Source: Macrostomum lignano (taxonomy: Eukaryota). From it: a stretch of 64,000 bases of DNA. Shown in pieces: positions 12,901-28,714 of this stretch. Under the pieces are notes generated by a model that saw only the letters and a program-made list of their open reading frames with translations, was not told the DNA's origin and made no database searches. The DNA is taken from the NCBI GenBank assembly GCA_002269645.1, contig NIVC01001913.1:1-64000 (forward strand), read 5' to 3'. Position 1 is the stretch's first letter; every line of letters begins with the position of its first letter. Both the position numbers and the translations under genes were made by a program.

Positions 12901-15900
12901 CGGCAGGTGAATCTCGGCAGGGGAATCTCGGTGGGAGAATCTCGGTGGGAGAATCTCGGCAGGAGAATCTCGGCAAGTGAATCTCGGTGGGAGAATCTCG
13001 GTGGGAGAATCTCGGCAGGAGAATCTCGGCAGGTGAATCTCGGTGGGAGAATCTCGGCAGGTGAATCTCGGTGGGAGAATCTCGGCAGGGGAATCTCGGT
13101 GGGAGAATCTCGGCAGGAGAATCTCGGCAGGTGAATCTCGGCGGGAGAATCTCGGCAGGGGAATCTCGGCAGGTGAATCTCGGCGGGAGAATCTCGGCAG
13201 GTGAATCTCGGTGGGAGAATCTCGGCAGGTGAATCTCGGTGGGAGAATCTCGGTGGGAGAATCTCGGTGGAAGAATCTCGGCAGGTTAATCTCGGTAGGA
13301 GAATCTCGGTGGGAGAATCTCGGTGGGAGAATCTCGGTGGGAGAATCTCGGTGGGAGAATCTCGGTGGGAGAATCTCGGCGGGAGAATCTCGGCGGGAGA
13401 ATCTCGGTGGGAGAATCTCGGTGGGAGAATCTAGGCGGGAGAATCTCGGTGGGAGAATCTCGGTGGGAGAATCTCGGTGGGAGAATCTCGGCAGGGGAAT
13501 CTCGGTGGGAGAATCTCGGTGGGAGAATCTCGGCAGGGGAATCTCGGTGGGAGAATCTCGGTGGGAGAATCTCGGTGGGAGAATCTCGGTGGGAGAATCT
13601 CGGTGGGAGAATCTCGGCAGGTGAATCTCGGTGGGAGAATCTCGGCAGGGGAATCTCGGTGGGAGAATCTCGGCAGGGGAATCTCGGTGGGAGAATCTCG
13701 GCAGGGGAATCTCGGTGGGAGAATCTCGGTGGGAGAATCTCGGCAGGGGAATCTCGGTGGGAGAATCTCGGCAGGTGAATCTCGGTGGGAGAATCTCGGT
13801 GGGAGAATCTCGGCAGGGGAATCTCAGTGGGAGATTCTCGGCAGGTGAATCTCGGTGGGAGAATCTCGGTGGGAGAATCTCGGCAGGGGAATCTCGGCAA
13901 GGAAATCTCGGCAGGGGAATCTCGGCAGGGGAATCTCGGCAGGTGAATCTCGGTGGGAGAATCTCGGTGGGAGAATCTCGGCAGGGGAATCTCGGCAGGT
14001 GAATCTCGGCAGGGGAATCTCGGTGGGAGAATCTCGGTGGGAGAATCTCGGCAGGAGAATCTCGGCAAGTGAATCTCGGTGGGAGAATCTCGGTGGGAGA
14101 ATCTCGGCAGGAGAATCTCGGCAGGTGAATCTCGGTGGGAGAATCTCGGCAGGTGAATCTCGGTGGGAGAATCTCGGCAGGGGAATCTCGGTGGGAGAAT
14201 CTCGGCAGGAGAATCTCGGCAGGTGAATCTCGGCGGGAGAATCTCGGCAGGGGAATCTCGGCAGGTGAATCTCGGCGGGAGAATCTCGGCAGGTGAATCT
14301 CGGTGGGAGAATCTCGGCAGGTGAATCTCGGTGGGAGAATCTCGGTGGGAGAATCTCGGTGGAAGAATCTCGGCAGGTTAATCTCGGTAGGAGAATCTCG
14401 GTGGGAGAATCTCGGTGGGAGAATCTCGGTGGGAGAATCTCGGTGGGAGAATCTCGGTGGGAGAATCTCGGCGGGAGAATCTCGGCGGGAGAATCTCGGT
14501 GGGAGAATCTCGGTGGGAGAATCTCGGCAGGTGAATCTCGGTGGGAGAATCTCGGTGGGAGAATCTCGGTGGGAGAATCTCGGCAGGGGAATCTCGGTGG
14601 GAGAATCTCGGTGGGAGAATCTCGGCAGGGGAATCTCGGTGGGAGAATCTCGGTGGGAGAATCTCGGTGGGAGAATCTCGGTGGGAGAATCTCGGTGGGA
14701 GAATCTCGGCAGGTGAATCTCGGTGGGAGAATCTCGGCAGGGGAATCTCGGTGGGAGAATCTCGGCAGGGGAATCTCGGTGGGAGAATCTCGGCAGGGGA
14801 ATCTCGGTGGGAGAATCTCGGTGGGAGAATCTCGGCAGGGGAATCTCGGTGGGAGAATCTCGGCAGGTGAATCTCGGTGGGAGAATCTCGGTGGGAGAAT
14901 CTCGGCAGGGGAATCTCAGTGGGAGATTCTCGGCAGGTGAATCTCGGTGGGAGAATCTCGGTGGGAGAATCTCGGCAGGGGAATCTCGGCAAGGAAATCT
15001 CGGCAGGGGAATCTCGGCAGGGGAATCTCGGCAGGTGAATCTCGGTGGGAGAATCTCGGTGGGAGAATCTCGGCAGGGGAATCTCGGCAGGTGAATCTCG
15101 GCAGGGGAATCTCGGTGGGAGAATCTCGGTGGGAGAATCTCGGCAGGAGAATCTCGGCAAGTGAATCTCGGTGGGAGAATCTCGGTGGGAGAATCTCGGC
15201 AGGAGAATCTCGGCAGGTGAATCTCGGTGGGAGAATCTCGGCAGGTGAATCTCGGTGGGAGAATCTCGGCAGGGGAATCTCGGTGGGAGAATCTCGGCAG
15301 GAGAATCTCGGCAGGTGAATCTCGGCGGGAGAATCTCGGCAGGTGAATCTCGGTGGGAGAATCTCGGCAGGAGAATCTCGGCAGGTGAATCTCGGTGGGA
15401 GAATCTCGGCAGGTGAATCTCGGTGGGAGAATCTCGGTGGGAGAATCTCGGTGGAAGAATCTCGGCAGGTTAATCTCGGTAGGAGAATCTCGGTGGGAGA
15501 ATCTCGGTGGGAGAATCTCGGTGGGAGAATCTCGGTGGGAGAATCTCGGTGGGAGAATCTCGGCGGGAGAATCTCGGCAGGAGAATCTCGGTGGGAGAAT
15601 CTCGGTGGGAGAATCTAGGCGGGAGAATCTCGGTGGGAGAATCTCGGTGGGAGAATCTCGGTGGGAGAATCTCGGCAGGGGAATCTCGGTGGGAGAATCT
15701 CGGTGGGAGAATCTCGGCAGGGGAATCTCGGTGGAGAATCTCGGTGGGAGAATCTCGGCAGGGGAATCTCGGTGGGAGAATCTCGGCAGGTGAATCTCGG
15801 CAGGGGAATCTCGGTGGGAGAATCTCGGCAGGGGAATCTCGGCAAGGAAATCTCGGCAGGGGAATCTCGGCAGGGGAATCTCGGCAGGTGAATCTCGGTG

Positions 15901-17078
15901 GGAGAATCTCGGTGGGAGAATCTCGGCAGGTGAATCTCGGCAGGTGAATCTCGGCAGGGGAATCTCGGTGGGAGAATCTCGGTGGGAGAATCTCGGTGGG
16001 AGAATCTCGGCAAGTGAATCTCGGTGGGAGAATCTCGGTGGGAGAATCTCGGCGGGAGAATCTCGGTGGGAGAATCTCGGTGGGAGAATCTAGGCGGGAG
16101 AATCTCGGTGGGAGAATCTCGGTGGGAGAATCTCGGTGGGAGAATCTCGGCAGGGGAATCTCGGTGGGAGAATCTCGGTGGGAGAATCTCGGTAGGGGAA
16201 TCTCGGTGGAGAATCTCGGTGGGAGAATCTCGGCAGGGGAATCTCGGTGGGAGAATCTCGGCAGGTGAATCTCGGTGGGAGAATCTCGGTGGGAGAATCT
16301 CGGCAGGGGAATCTCGGCAAGGAAATCTCGGCAGGGGAATCTCGGCAGGGGAATCTCGGCAGGTGAATCTCGGTGGGAGAATCTCGGTGGGAGAATCTCG
16401 GCAGGGGAATCTCGGCAGGTGAATCTCGGCAGGGGAATCTCGGTGGGAGAATCTCGGTGGGAGAATCTCGGTGGGAGAATCTCGGCAAGTGAATCTCGGT
16501 GGGAGAATCTCGGTGGGAGAATCTCGGCAGGAGAATATCGGTGGGAGAATCTCGGCAGGTGAATCTCGGTGGGAGAATCTCGGTGGGAGAATCTCGGTGG
16601 GAGAATCTCGGTGGGAGAATCTCGGTGGGAGAATCTCGGTGGGAGAATCTCGGTGGGAGAATCTCGGTGGGAGAATCTCGGCAGGGGAATGTCGGCAAGG
16701 GAATCTCGGCAGGTGAATCTCGGTGGGAGAATCTCGGTGGGAGAATCTCGGTGGGAGAATCTCGGTGGGAGAATCTCGGTGGGAGAATCTCGGTGGGAGA
16801 ATCTCGGTGGGAGAATCTCGGTGGGAGAATCTCGGTGGGAGAATCTCGGCAGGTGAATCTCGGTGGGAGAATCTCGGCAGGGGAATCTCGGTGGGAGAAT
16901 CTCGGCAGGGGAATCTCGGTGGGAGAATCTCGGCAGGGGAATCTCGGTGGGAGAATCTCGGTGGGAGAATCTCGGTGGGAGAATCTCGGTGGGAGAATCT
17001 CGGTGGGAGAATCTCGGTGGGAGAATCTCGGTGGGAGAATCTCGGTGGGAGAATCTCGGTGGGAGAATCTCGGCAGTG
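9968..17078. repeat. 7.1-kb 14-bp satellite (GAATCTCGG-TGGGA/CAGGG/CAGGT) with 1092-bp higher-order repeat
   Basis: About 500 monomers. Rare variants recur exactly 1092 bp apart (CTCAGTGGGAGATT at 12731/13823/14915; GCAGGTTAAT at 13281/14373/15465). Confidence 0.97.
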
Positions 17079-17701
17079 AATAATCCAGCTAATGCATTTC
17101 GCACGAAAAGATACGCTAGTGTAGCGCCCTTTCACTTTAATTATCCGTGATTCTTGTGTATGAACTTTTTTTCTTAGAAACTCTTCAGTTGCCACTCACT
17201 TCAGTAGTTCAAGTCGATCATAAATTGCATTTAGCACAGCTGACAAAGTCGGACTGAAAGTTAGACTGTCTAGTCATTCATAAAAATGAAATTATAGCTA
17301 TTAATAGTGATGTGTGTTCCACTTGAGAATCCTAAAGAAAATAAATCGGGGATCTGCTCAGTGCTAACTGTCCCAGTTTCTGGAACAGCTGTCATGAGAG
17401 TAATTGGAGTTTAAAATATTAGGATTTTGAGCTTATTACAGGACAACGATGACAAATTCTGCCAAAAGAATAAGAAAAATATAGCTATTGCCTGCAAAGA
17501 GAGAGGCTGCGATCGGAGGGTGCATGGGTCCAGATGAAGCCATGAGAAAATTTTATTTGCATTACACTGACCCCATATGAATGAAAACTTCCATGAACTG
17601 CTGGCTTAGAGTTTGAGTAGGCTAATAGGACGCTAGATTGCAGTTTAGGAGATAAAATAGTCCGCTTTATTTTCGCCATGAAGCATTCTATATTTACTAT
17701 T

Positions 17702-17957
17702 AGTCCCTCAGCCAACACCCCATAAACCCCAGTCCCTCAGCCAACACCCCATAAACCCCAGTCCCTCAGCCAACACCCCATAAACCCCAGTCCCTCAGCC
17801 AACACCCCATAAACCCCAGTCCCTCAGCCAACACCCCATAAACCCCAGTCCCTCAGCCAACACCCCATAAACCCCAGTCCCTCAGCCAACACCCCATAAA
17901 CCCCAGTCCCTCAGCCAACACCCCATAAACCCCAGTCCCTCAGCCAACACCCCAAAA
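17702..17957. repeat. 29-bp minisatellite (AGTCCCTCAGCCAACACCCCATAAACCCC)
   Basis: About 9 near-identical tandem units. Confidence 0.93.
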
Positions 17958-18055
17958 CCCAGGTCATTCTTAACTCCTCACAATAAAAAGTGTACAAAAA
18001 GTCAACAATATAATTTTGCACCGATTCCCTACGGCGGCAACCATTCCAACTCCAG

Positions 18056-18261
18056 GTGGATCCTATCTACTCACCTGGATTCTCTACCTAATATGGTCCG
18101 ACTACCAGACTGGCTATCCATCATTTGCATTCTGGTTCTGGCTGTCCTCGGGCCTGACGCTGTTCCTGTGCGCCCCGGTGCAGCTGCTGGCCATGCGCTG
18201 GGACTCCGAACGAGCGGCCAAGGCCGGCCTGAGACAGTCGCAGCCGCAGAAGCTGCAGTGA
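18056..18261 (+). CDS. Claudin/PMP22-like tetraspan membrane protein, exon 3 (terminal)
   Basis: Acceptor aactccag|GT at 18055/18056 (phase 1, matching the exon 2 donor). Reads GSYLLTWILYLIWSDYQTGYPSFAFWFWLSSGLTLFLCAPVQLLAMRWDSERAAKAGLRQSQPQKLQ*. GYPSF resembles the G(Y/W)SF motif before TM4. The spliced CDS is 543 nt = 180 aa. Confidence 0.65.
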
Positions 18262-18567
18262 GAATGTGGTGAAACAAAGTTAACAGTGAGTGATCTTGCC
18301 GCCAATTTCACTAACAGACCAAAGCGTGCCCCGTTTTCTTCAACTGTTGTTCATTAAAATACAAGAGAGAACTCAGCCTGACCCAGAAATGCAAATCAGG
18401 TTTACAGGCAAAAAAAATTTTCTCGCTAAAATTGCAGCAACTGTAGCAACCCCCACTGCGGCTCCCCTGAGTGCCGGTGACACTTGGAATTAGTTGCTTG
18501 ATTCTACTCAGAATGTTTAATCATGGTGCAGTGCGTAACAGCTGTCTGCAGTTGTATGCCTTGTCTG

Positions 18568-19531
<964 letters not shown>

Positions 19532-19609
19532 TCTGAATAGGGTATGTTTTTTTTCTATTGTTTTCGTCCTCTATTCGATATAGAAAGTGTGCTCCTCAAA
19601 AGGGGTAGC

Positions 19610-19930
19610 AAATACAGCAATTCAGGGAAGGCCTTTTGAAAAGAATTTTCGAAGATTGAAAACTGCCTCTTATTCCACACTGATTCAACTCTGGCACGCT
19701 GCTACAGCCCTAATGTAAAAAAACTCAAAATCGTTTCCAATACAACATCGGATCTCTGAGCAATAAAGCTTCGTGCCATTTCCGTACAACGGCAACGGGC
19801 TCCCCCCGATACAATGCTTCCTATTCTGCAACTGTTTCCAACCATTCTCAAATTTCTGAGCTTTTATTGTCTTCAGCGCAACTGTGAGATAGAAATCTTG
19901 CAAGGAAGCAATCATCGAACAAACAAGAGG
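19610..19930 (-). pseudogene. Decayed PIF/Harbinger (HARBI1-like) transposase fragment
   Basis: Minus frame reads VCSMIASLQDFYLTV...IKAQKFENGW...HCIGG...NDFEFFYI, and further on IFENSFQKA. This parallels the Harbinger pattern VC.AI..L...YL.VP...IA..FE..W.FP.CIGAIDG...D..Y.F.Y...DGGVF..S. The catalytic DG is lost. Recognised by eye only. Confidence 0.45.
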
Positions 19931-21055
19931 TGTGAGGGAAGCGCTCTGTCTCGATGGGAACGAGAGAACTGTAGAGGATTAGCGGCAGTTGATTGAAATT
20001 TTTTTGGAGAAAATTCCTGGGACTAAAGCAGTAAACAAAACGGCAGGTCTACGCTCGTAATTGCTACTTGATGCTTGACGAATCGAATGAGATATTGTAT
20101 GCTTGTTGAATCCATCGAATTACTATATATGGATACAGTTTTATTCAGATGAAATTCGAGAAATCTAAATAAAATCGAAGGTTATTTTTAGCTATTTGCC
20201 AATTCAACTGAACTGAGTTATTCAAAAGCGACAACGGATCATTTTGACGGCCATATGTCATGCTCAAAGTTGACCAGCCAATGAGAAATAAGCAGGGGAC
20301 GGAATTTAAATGTACGTACACCGCTAGGCACTGTACAGTGAGGTGATGGCTAAATAAGAAGCAGCCAGCCAATAAGAAGCCAATAAGAAGCCAATACAAG
20401 GGGAAAGAGTCTTGATGTACACAGAGGCATTGTACAGTTTACAGTGCTGGTTTTTTAGTGGCCAAGCAGCCAATAAGAAGCAAGCAGAGGGTACGACAAT
20501 TTACTCCTGCCAACAAATCTTACATTTCCCAGAGTCTCTCAAAATGACAGGTGTTGCAGCCTCAACAATCAATCAATAATCATGACAGTTTCTGCTTCTA
20601 ATGCACATAATTTAGAGTGTAAAACAATTAATTTTCAATAGTCCTTGACCTTATAAAACTTATTCTATAATAGCTACAATGATTTTATGCATTTTGCAAT
20701 ATGCATTTCGTAGCAAACCTTCGACATTGCATGATCACAAAAAACGCATTAAATCTGTGATTAAGATCAAATTAGCCTAGACGGCACGCAGTAAATTCGC
20801 CATATCAACCTTGTCATTGAGATGTTTTTGCCCCGCTTTCATCTTAACAGCGGGCGAAAACAGCAAGGCTTACCGAGGCTGCTGCGTTAGAGAGAACGGG
20901 ATGTTTGAGAACTGCATTTCTCTGTGGTTTCGAAGCTCTCTCAGTTGCCTGTTCGAGCCATCTGTTCGTCTTTTGTAACCTTTCCTTCTTAATCAAAGAG
21001 TCTTTCAGAGTGCACTCTCGATTGTCAGTGCATCATGTTGTTTAGTTAGCCATTT

Positions 21056-24179
<3,124 letters not shown>

Positions 24180-24447
24180 ACTCCATCAACAGAGCCATAA
24201 ATCATAGATTATCAATCGCATCAATGCTTGACAGATGCAGCAAGTCAGCTGAGCGGACCCAGCTAAATAAGTTATATGTATTTTTTTCAAACTGTGCCAG
24301 AAACATCGATGCATATTTTATATTTATATATATAATACACACTGGGCCAACGGTGCGACCAATTTGGTGAGTCATTAATGGGGGGGGGGCATCTCAACGA
24401 TGAAGTCTAACGGCCGGCTAGCATTTCATGCGCTCACAGTCTCAAAT

Positions 24448-24680
24448 TTATTTGATGCGCAAAATCTTTTTGAAGGCCTTCCTAAACTCGGTGTTAAAAA
24501 TAGTGTAAATAAGCGGGTTCATGAAGCTGTTCACGTAGCCGAGCCAGACTATGAACACGTTGATGCGCCTGTCGTAGCGGCAGATGGGGCCGATGCTGGA
24601 GCCGTTGCTCATCTTCTTCAGGCAGGCCGCCCACATCAAATTCGTGATGAAAAATGGCAGCCAGCAGAGCAGGAAGACGC
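24448..24680 (-). CDS. DRD2: D2-like dopamine receptor (class A GPCR), exon 4 (TM6-TM7, C-terminus)
   Basis: Acceptor cctgcag|GC. Reads [14 protein letters not shown]...[32 protein letters not shown], with CWxP and NPxxY motifs and the short C-tail typical of D2-like receptors. Confidence 0.9.
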
Positions 24681-24939
24681 CTGCAGGTGAGGAGGAGAGT
24701 TGGTTTGTAGCTGTTCTGTGCTGCTGTGTTGTGATGTTTCCGAGCACAAGTCTCAGGGGTTATTTAAGTCTATATGAAAATTAAGGTTCAGCTGCAAAAA
24801 AATCGACAAAAAAGCGACAGTCGATGTGGCAAAGCAGACATGCACATCCCGCTGACCCCTGAGTAAACAGGCGCACGCTCACACAGGGTGTACAGCGGCC
24901 CTGGCTAACCATCGTCAGGCATGCACACTCCTCGTGTTA

Positions 24940-25287
24940 ATCTAACCTAAACTCTAACCTTCGCCCTAGCTCATGTACCCTAACTCTATAGCCCCGACCT
25001 AAACCCTAACCAAAACCCTAACCTAAACAGTAAAACCCTAACCTAAACCCTAAAACCCTAACCTAAACCCTAAAACCTTAACCTAAACCCTAAAACCCTA
25101 ACCTAAACCCTAAAACCCTAACCTAAACCCTGTAACCCTAACCTAAAAAGTAAAACCCTAACCTAAACCCTAAAACCCTAACCTAAACCCTATAACCCTA
25201 ACCTAAACCCTATAACCCTAACCTAAACCCTATAACCCTAACCTAAACCCTATAACCCTAACCTAAACCCTATAACCCTAACCTAAG
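24940..25287. repeat. Telomere-like 20-bp minisatellite (AACCTAAACCCTAAAACCCT)
   Basis: Units contain CCCTAA and CCCTAAA variants; the array lies in intron 3 of the receptor gene. Confidence 0.88.
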
Positions 25288-25374
25288 AAACTAATCCTAA
25301 GCAGACAATTTAATTGCACGACGCTTCTGAGCACGGAATCGAACCCAAGCGACATTGAAAAAGCGCTTCCCTAC

Positions 25375-26416
25375 CGAGCACGATGGCCAGAGTCTTTGTC
25401 GCTTTCTTTTCCCGCCGCGCCGCCGACCTGTCGCTTTTCTTTTCTTCGATTTCTTCTTCAGCTTCAGCTGGAACAGGCGCTTCTGCGACTTGCCGCCAAC
25501 TGGCTCGGAGGCTTTCGACGGAGCCGACGCCGCCACCGCCGCCGCTGCCTCAGGCGCCGCCGCTTGAACTGTGCCGCTGTTGTCTGAAGTGGACGGTCCA
25601 GCTAAGTTCTGGCTCTCGCGCAGGGGCATCGGCGACTCCGCCATCTCGTTGGCGTAATCCTCCTCTTCCTCCTCTTCCCCTTCTTCGTCTTCCCCTTCGG
25701 CTTCGTAGTCGCCCTTGTCTTTGAAATCAGCCCGGTTGCCATGGTGACCGCCGGAGTCTCCATGGAGGCCACAGCTGTGCGGAATCGGTGCCTCCCCGGT
25801 GTAAATGCCGTCAGTGCGACAGGCCAGGCAGTCCCGGGCGGACACCGCTGAGACGCTCAGCCGGTCCGGCCGGCTCGGGTTCGCCCGCACCAGCAGCACC
25901 GCTGGCGTCCCGCCTCCGCCTCCGCCATCCTTCTTGCTGCTGCTGTTGTTCTTGGCGGTGCTCTTCTTTTGCTCAGTCAATGCGATGGCGACTTCGTCGG
26001 TTCGACCGGCAGTGGCGCCGGCTCCGTCTGGCGGCTGCTGCTCGGCATCGCCGCGGTTTTTCCGCCGGCTGCCGCCGCTGGCCTTGACGTTCTCGTAGAC
26101 TTTGCCCCGTCTAGTCGCGGCCGCTTTCTTAGCTCGAGCCCGAATAACGGTGAAGATGCGGTAGTACAGCACCAGCATCACTATGCAGGGGATGTAGAAG
26201 CTGCCCAGGCTGGAGTAGATCAGGAAGTCGCCGTTAAAAAAGGTGCAGACGTTGCGAAATTTCTTCTGATAGCGGACGCCCTGCAGATTCTGCAGGCCGC
26301 AGCCGATTGGCAGGGCGATGCCGATGGACAACAGCCAACTTCCGGCGATGGTCACGTGAGTGCGCTTGGAGTTCTTGTGCTTGGCGTACTTGATGGGCTG
26401 CGTGACCGCGATGAAC
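25375..26416 (-). CDS. DRD2: D2-like dopamine receptor, exon 3 (TM4-TM5, long IL3, start of TM6), with a 1-nt frameshift near 25435-25443
   Basis: Acceptor ttggcag|G. Reads (R)FIAVTQPIKYAKHKNSKR...FLIYSSLGSFYIPCIVMLVLYYRIF..., and after a 1-nt shift SDRSAARREKKATKTLAIVLG. Donor CTCG|GTAGG at 25375/25374. Confidence 0.88.
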
Positions 26417-26513
26417 CTGCCAATGGGACAGCGACGCGTTTGAGTACTGAGCTCTGGTTTTGAATAGCATTCAGCTGACAATGATCCTGAAATATAGATT
26501 TCTCAGCAACCCT

Positions 26514-27095
26514 GAGCACATTCGACCTTGAGCCTCTAGTCTCACCATGAGCACATTCGACCTTGAGCCTCTAGTCTCACCATGAGCACATTCGACCTTG
26601 AGCCTCTAGTCTCACCATGAGCACAGTTGACCTTGAGCCTCTAGTCTCACCATGAGCACAGTTGACCTTGAGCCTCTAGTCTCACCATGAGCACAGTTGA
26701 CCTTGAGCCTCTAGTCTCACCATGAGCACAGTTGACCTTGAGCCTCTAGTCTCACCATGAGCACAGTTGACCTTGAGCCTTTAGTCTCACCATGAGCACA
26801 GTTGACCTTGAGCCTCTAGTCTCACCATGAGCACAGTTGACCTTGAGCCTTTAGTCTCACCATGAGCACAGTTGACCTTGAGCCTCTAGTCTCACCATGA
26901 GCACAGTTGACCTTGAGCCTCTAGTCTCACCATGAGCACAGTTGACCTTGAGCCTCTAGTCTCACCATGAGCACAGTTGACCTTGAGCCTCTAGTCTCAC
27001 CATGAGCACAGTTGACCTTGAGCCTCTAGTCTCACCATGAGCACAGTTGACCTTGAGCCTTTAGTCTCACCATGAGCACAGTTGACCTTGAGCCC
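26514..27095. repeat. 35-bp minisatellite (GAGCACAGTTGACCTTGAGCCTCTAGTCTCACCAT)
   Basis: About 17 head-to-tail units with no spacers. Confidence 0.95.
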
Positions 27096-27374
27096 TTTTT
27101 CTCACCTGGAGGCCTGACCTTTAGCCTCATCATGACACTCCTTGTTAAAGAGTTTGTGCATCTCAAATTCAACGATTTCAACAGCAAGAAGGAGAGTATT
27201 CAGGCTAGCTCCCGTTCGAGTCAAAGTCGTGCGGAGGATTAAAATTTCTAAACCAACTTAACAGCCACAGAGTGAGGATGAAAAACTGATAAACAATTTG
27301 CCCATGAAGCTGGAGCTCATGCTCTATTGGACTCTCTCAGCTGCCTTCTCGGGCATTAAGAATTTTATTCTGAG

Positions 27375-27790
27375 TTTATTAGTGAGATCATTAGTGAGTT
27401 CATGAGTGAGTTCATGAGTGAGTTCATGAGTGAGTTCATGAGTGAGTTCATGAGTGAGTTCATGAGTGAGTTCATGAGTGAGTTCATGAGTGAGTTCATG
27501 AGTGAGTTCATGAGTGAGTTCATGAGTGAGTTCATGAGTGAGTTCATGAGTGAGTTCATGAGTGAGTTCATGAGTGAGTTCATGAGTGAGTTCATGAGTG
27601 AGTTCATGAGTGAGTTCATGAGTGAGTTCATGAGTGAGTTCATGAGTGAGTTTATGAGTGAGTTCATGAGTGAGTTAATGAGTGAGTTCATGAGTGAGTT
27701 CATGAGTGAGTTCATGAGTGAGTTCATGAGTGAGTTCATGAGTGAGTTTATGAGTGAGTTCATGAGTGAGTTCATGAGTGAGTTCATAAG
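27375..27790 (+). repeat. 12-bp minisatellite (ATGAGTGAGTTC)
   Basis: Tandem units; the same family occurs in the opposite orientation at 40087-40710. Confidence 0.95.
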
Positions 27791-28714
27791 TGAGGTTATC
27801 AGTTCACGACTGACTTTATCAGTTTATGATGGAGTACATAAGTGAGTTTACCCTGAGTTAGTGAGTTTACGAGTAAATTAATAGCTGATTGAGTTCATGA
27901 GCGACCAAGCACGCCAGCGAACAATTAAAATCGCTAGCATTATTTAGCCGAAAGTGCATCCGCGCCCGCCTGCAATAACAATGGCGGCCCTCGCCGAGCG
28001 CCCGTCGCCCAGGACGCGCCGACTCGCAGCAGCACAAAAAAGTTTTTGCTTTCCCAAAGCAGACCATTCACCCTGGCTGGGATTAGCAGCCTGTTGCTAG
28101 GGGGGGGGGGCAGTGCAGAAAGGGGATCTGGCAGTAGGACTCCACACAAGCTGACTCACTGTAACACCCGCGCACTGATGGGGATGAGAAGCGAGAGAGG
28201 AGCTGAAGCGTTTTTAATTGGCTCACCCCCCCCGACGCTGCCACGGTGAAATCCCATAAATGCGAAATTAGTGCCGGAAGGCAAAAGCGAAGGTAAAGCG
28301 GGCGAAAGCTTAAGGTAAGGTCAAATTAATGACGCTCTGTCCATCCAAAAAGTTGCCATTTAAAAGCTTGGGCCTGCCTATTGCCTACCGCGGATTGGAT
28401 CGGATGAAGTTGAAGCGGTTGAGTAGAAAAAAAGATGAGGTATCGATCGGGTCTGGTCTCCCGCACTCGTGTAGGCCAGCATTTATTTCCTCTGCTTCTG
28501 TCAAGCCCAGGGGGTGGTGCAGACGGCGCGGAGCCCTTACTCCGATTTTATGACCACTACTGGAGTTCTTAAGTAAATACTCTGAGCACATGAACCATAT
28601 TCTCTCAAAAGTTTACAACTATATCATTTTACACTTGCACCATTTTACAACTATATTGCTTGTACACTTACAAAATTGTACCTACAAAATTGTGAACCTA
28701 CTTCACCCTTCTGA

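Noticed and set aside
9820-17195. Very long ORFs (up to 1009 aa, PRFSHRDSPTEIL repeats)
   Set aside because: They are translations of the 14-bp satellite, open in several frames on both strands because the unit lacks stops. There is no unique domain or splice context.
24940-25287. A true telomere or chromosome end
   Set aside because: The array is internal and intronic, and is made of a 20-bp composite unit instead of pure (TTAGGG)n.
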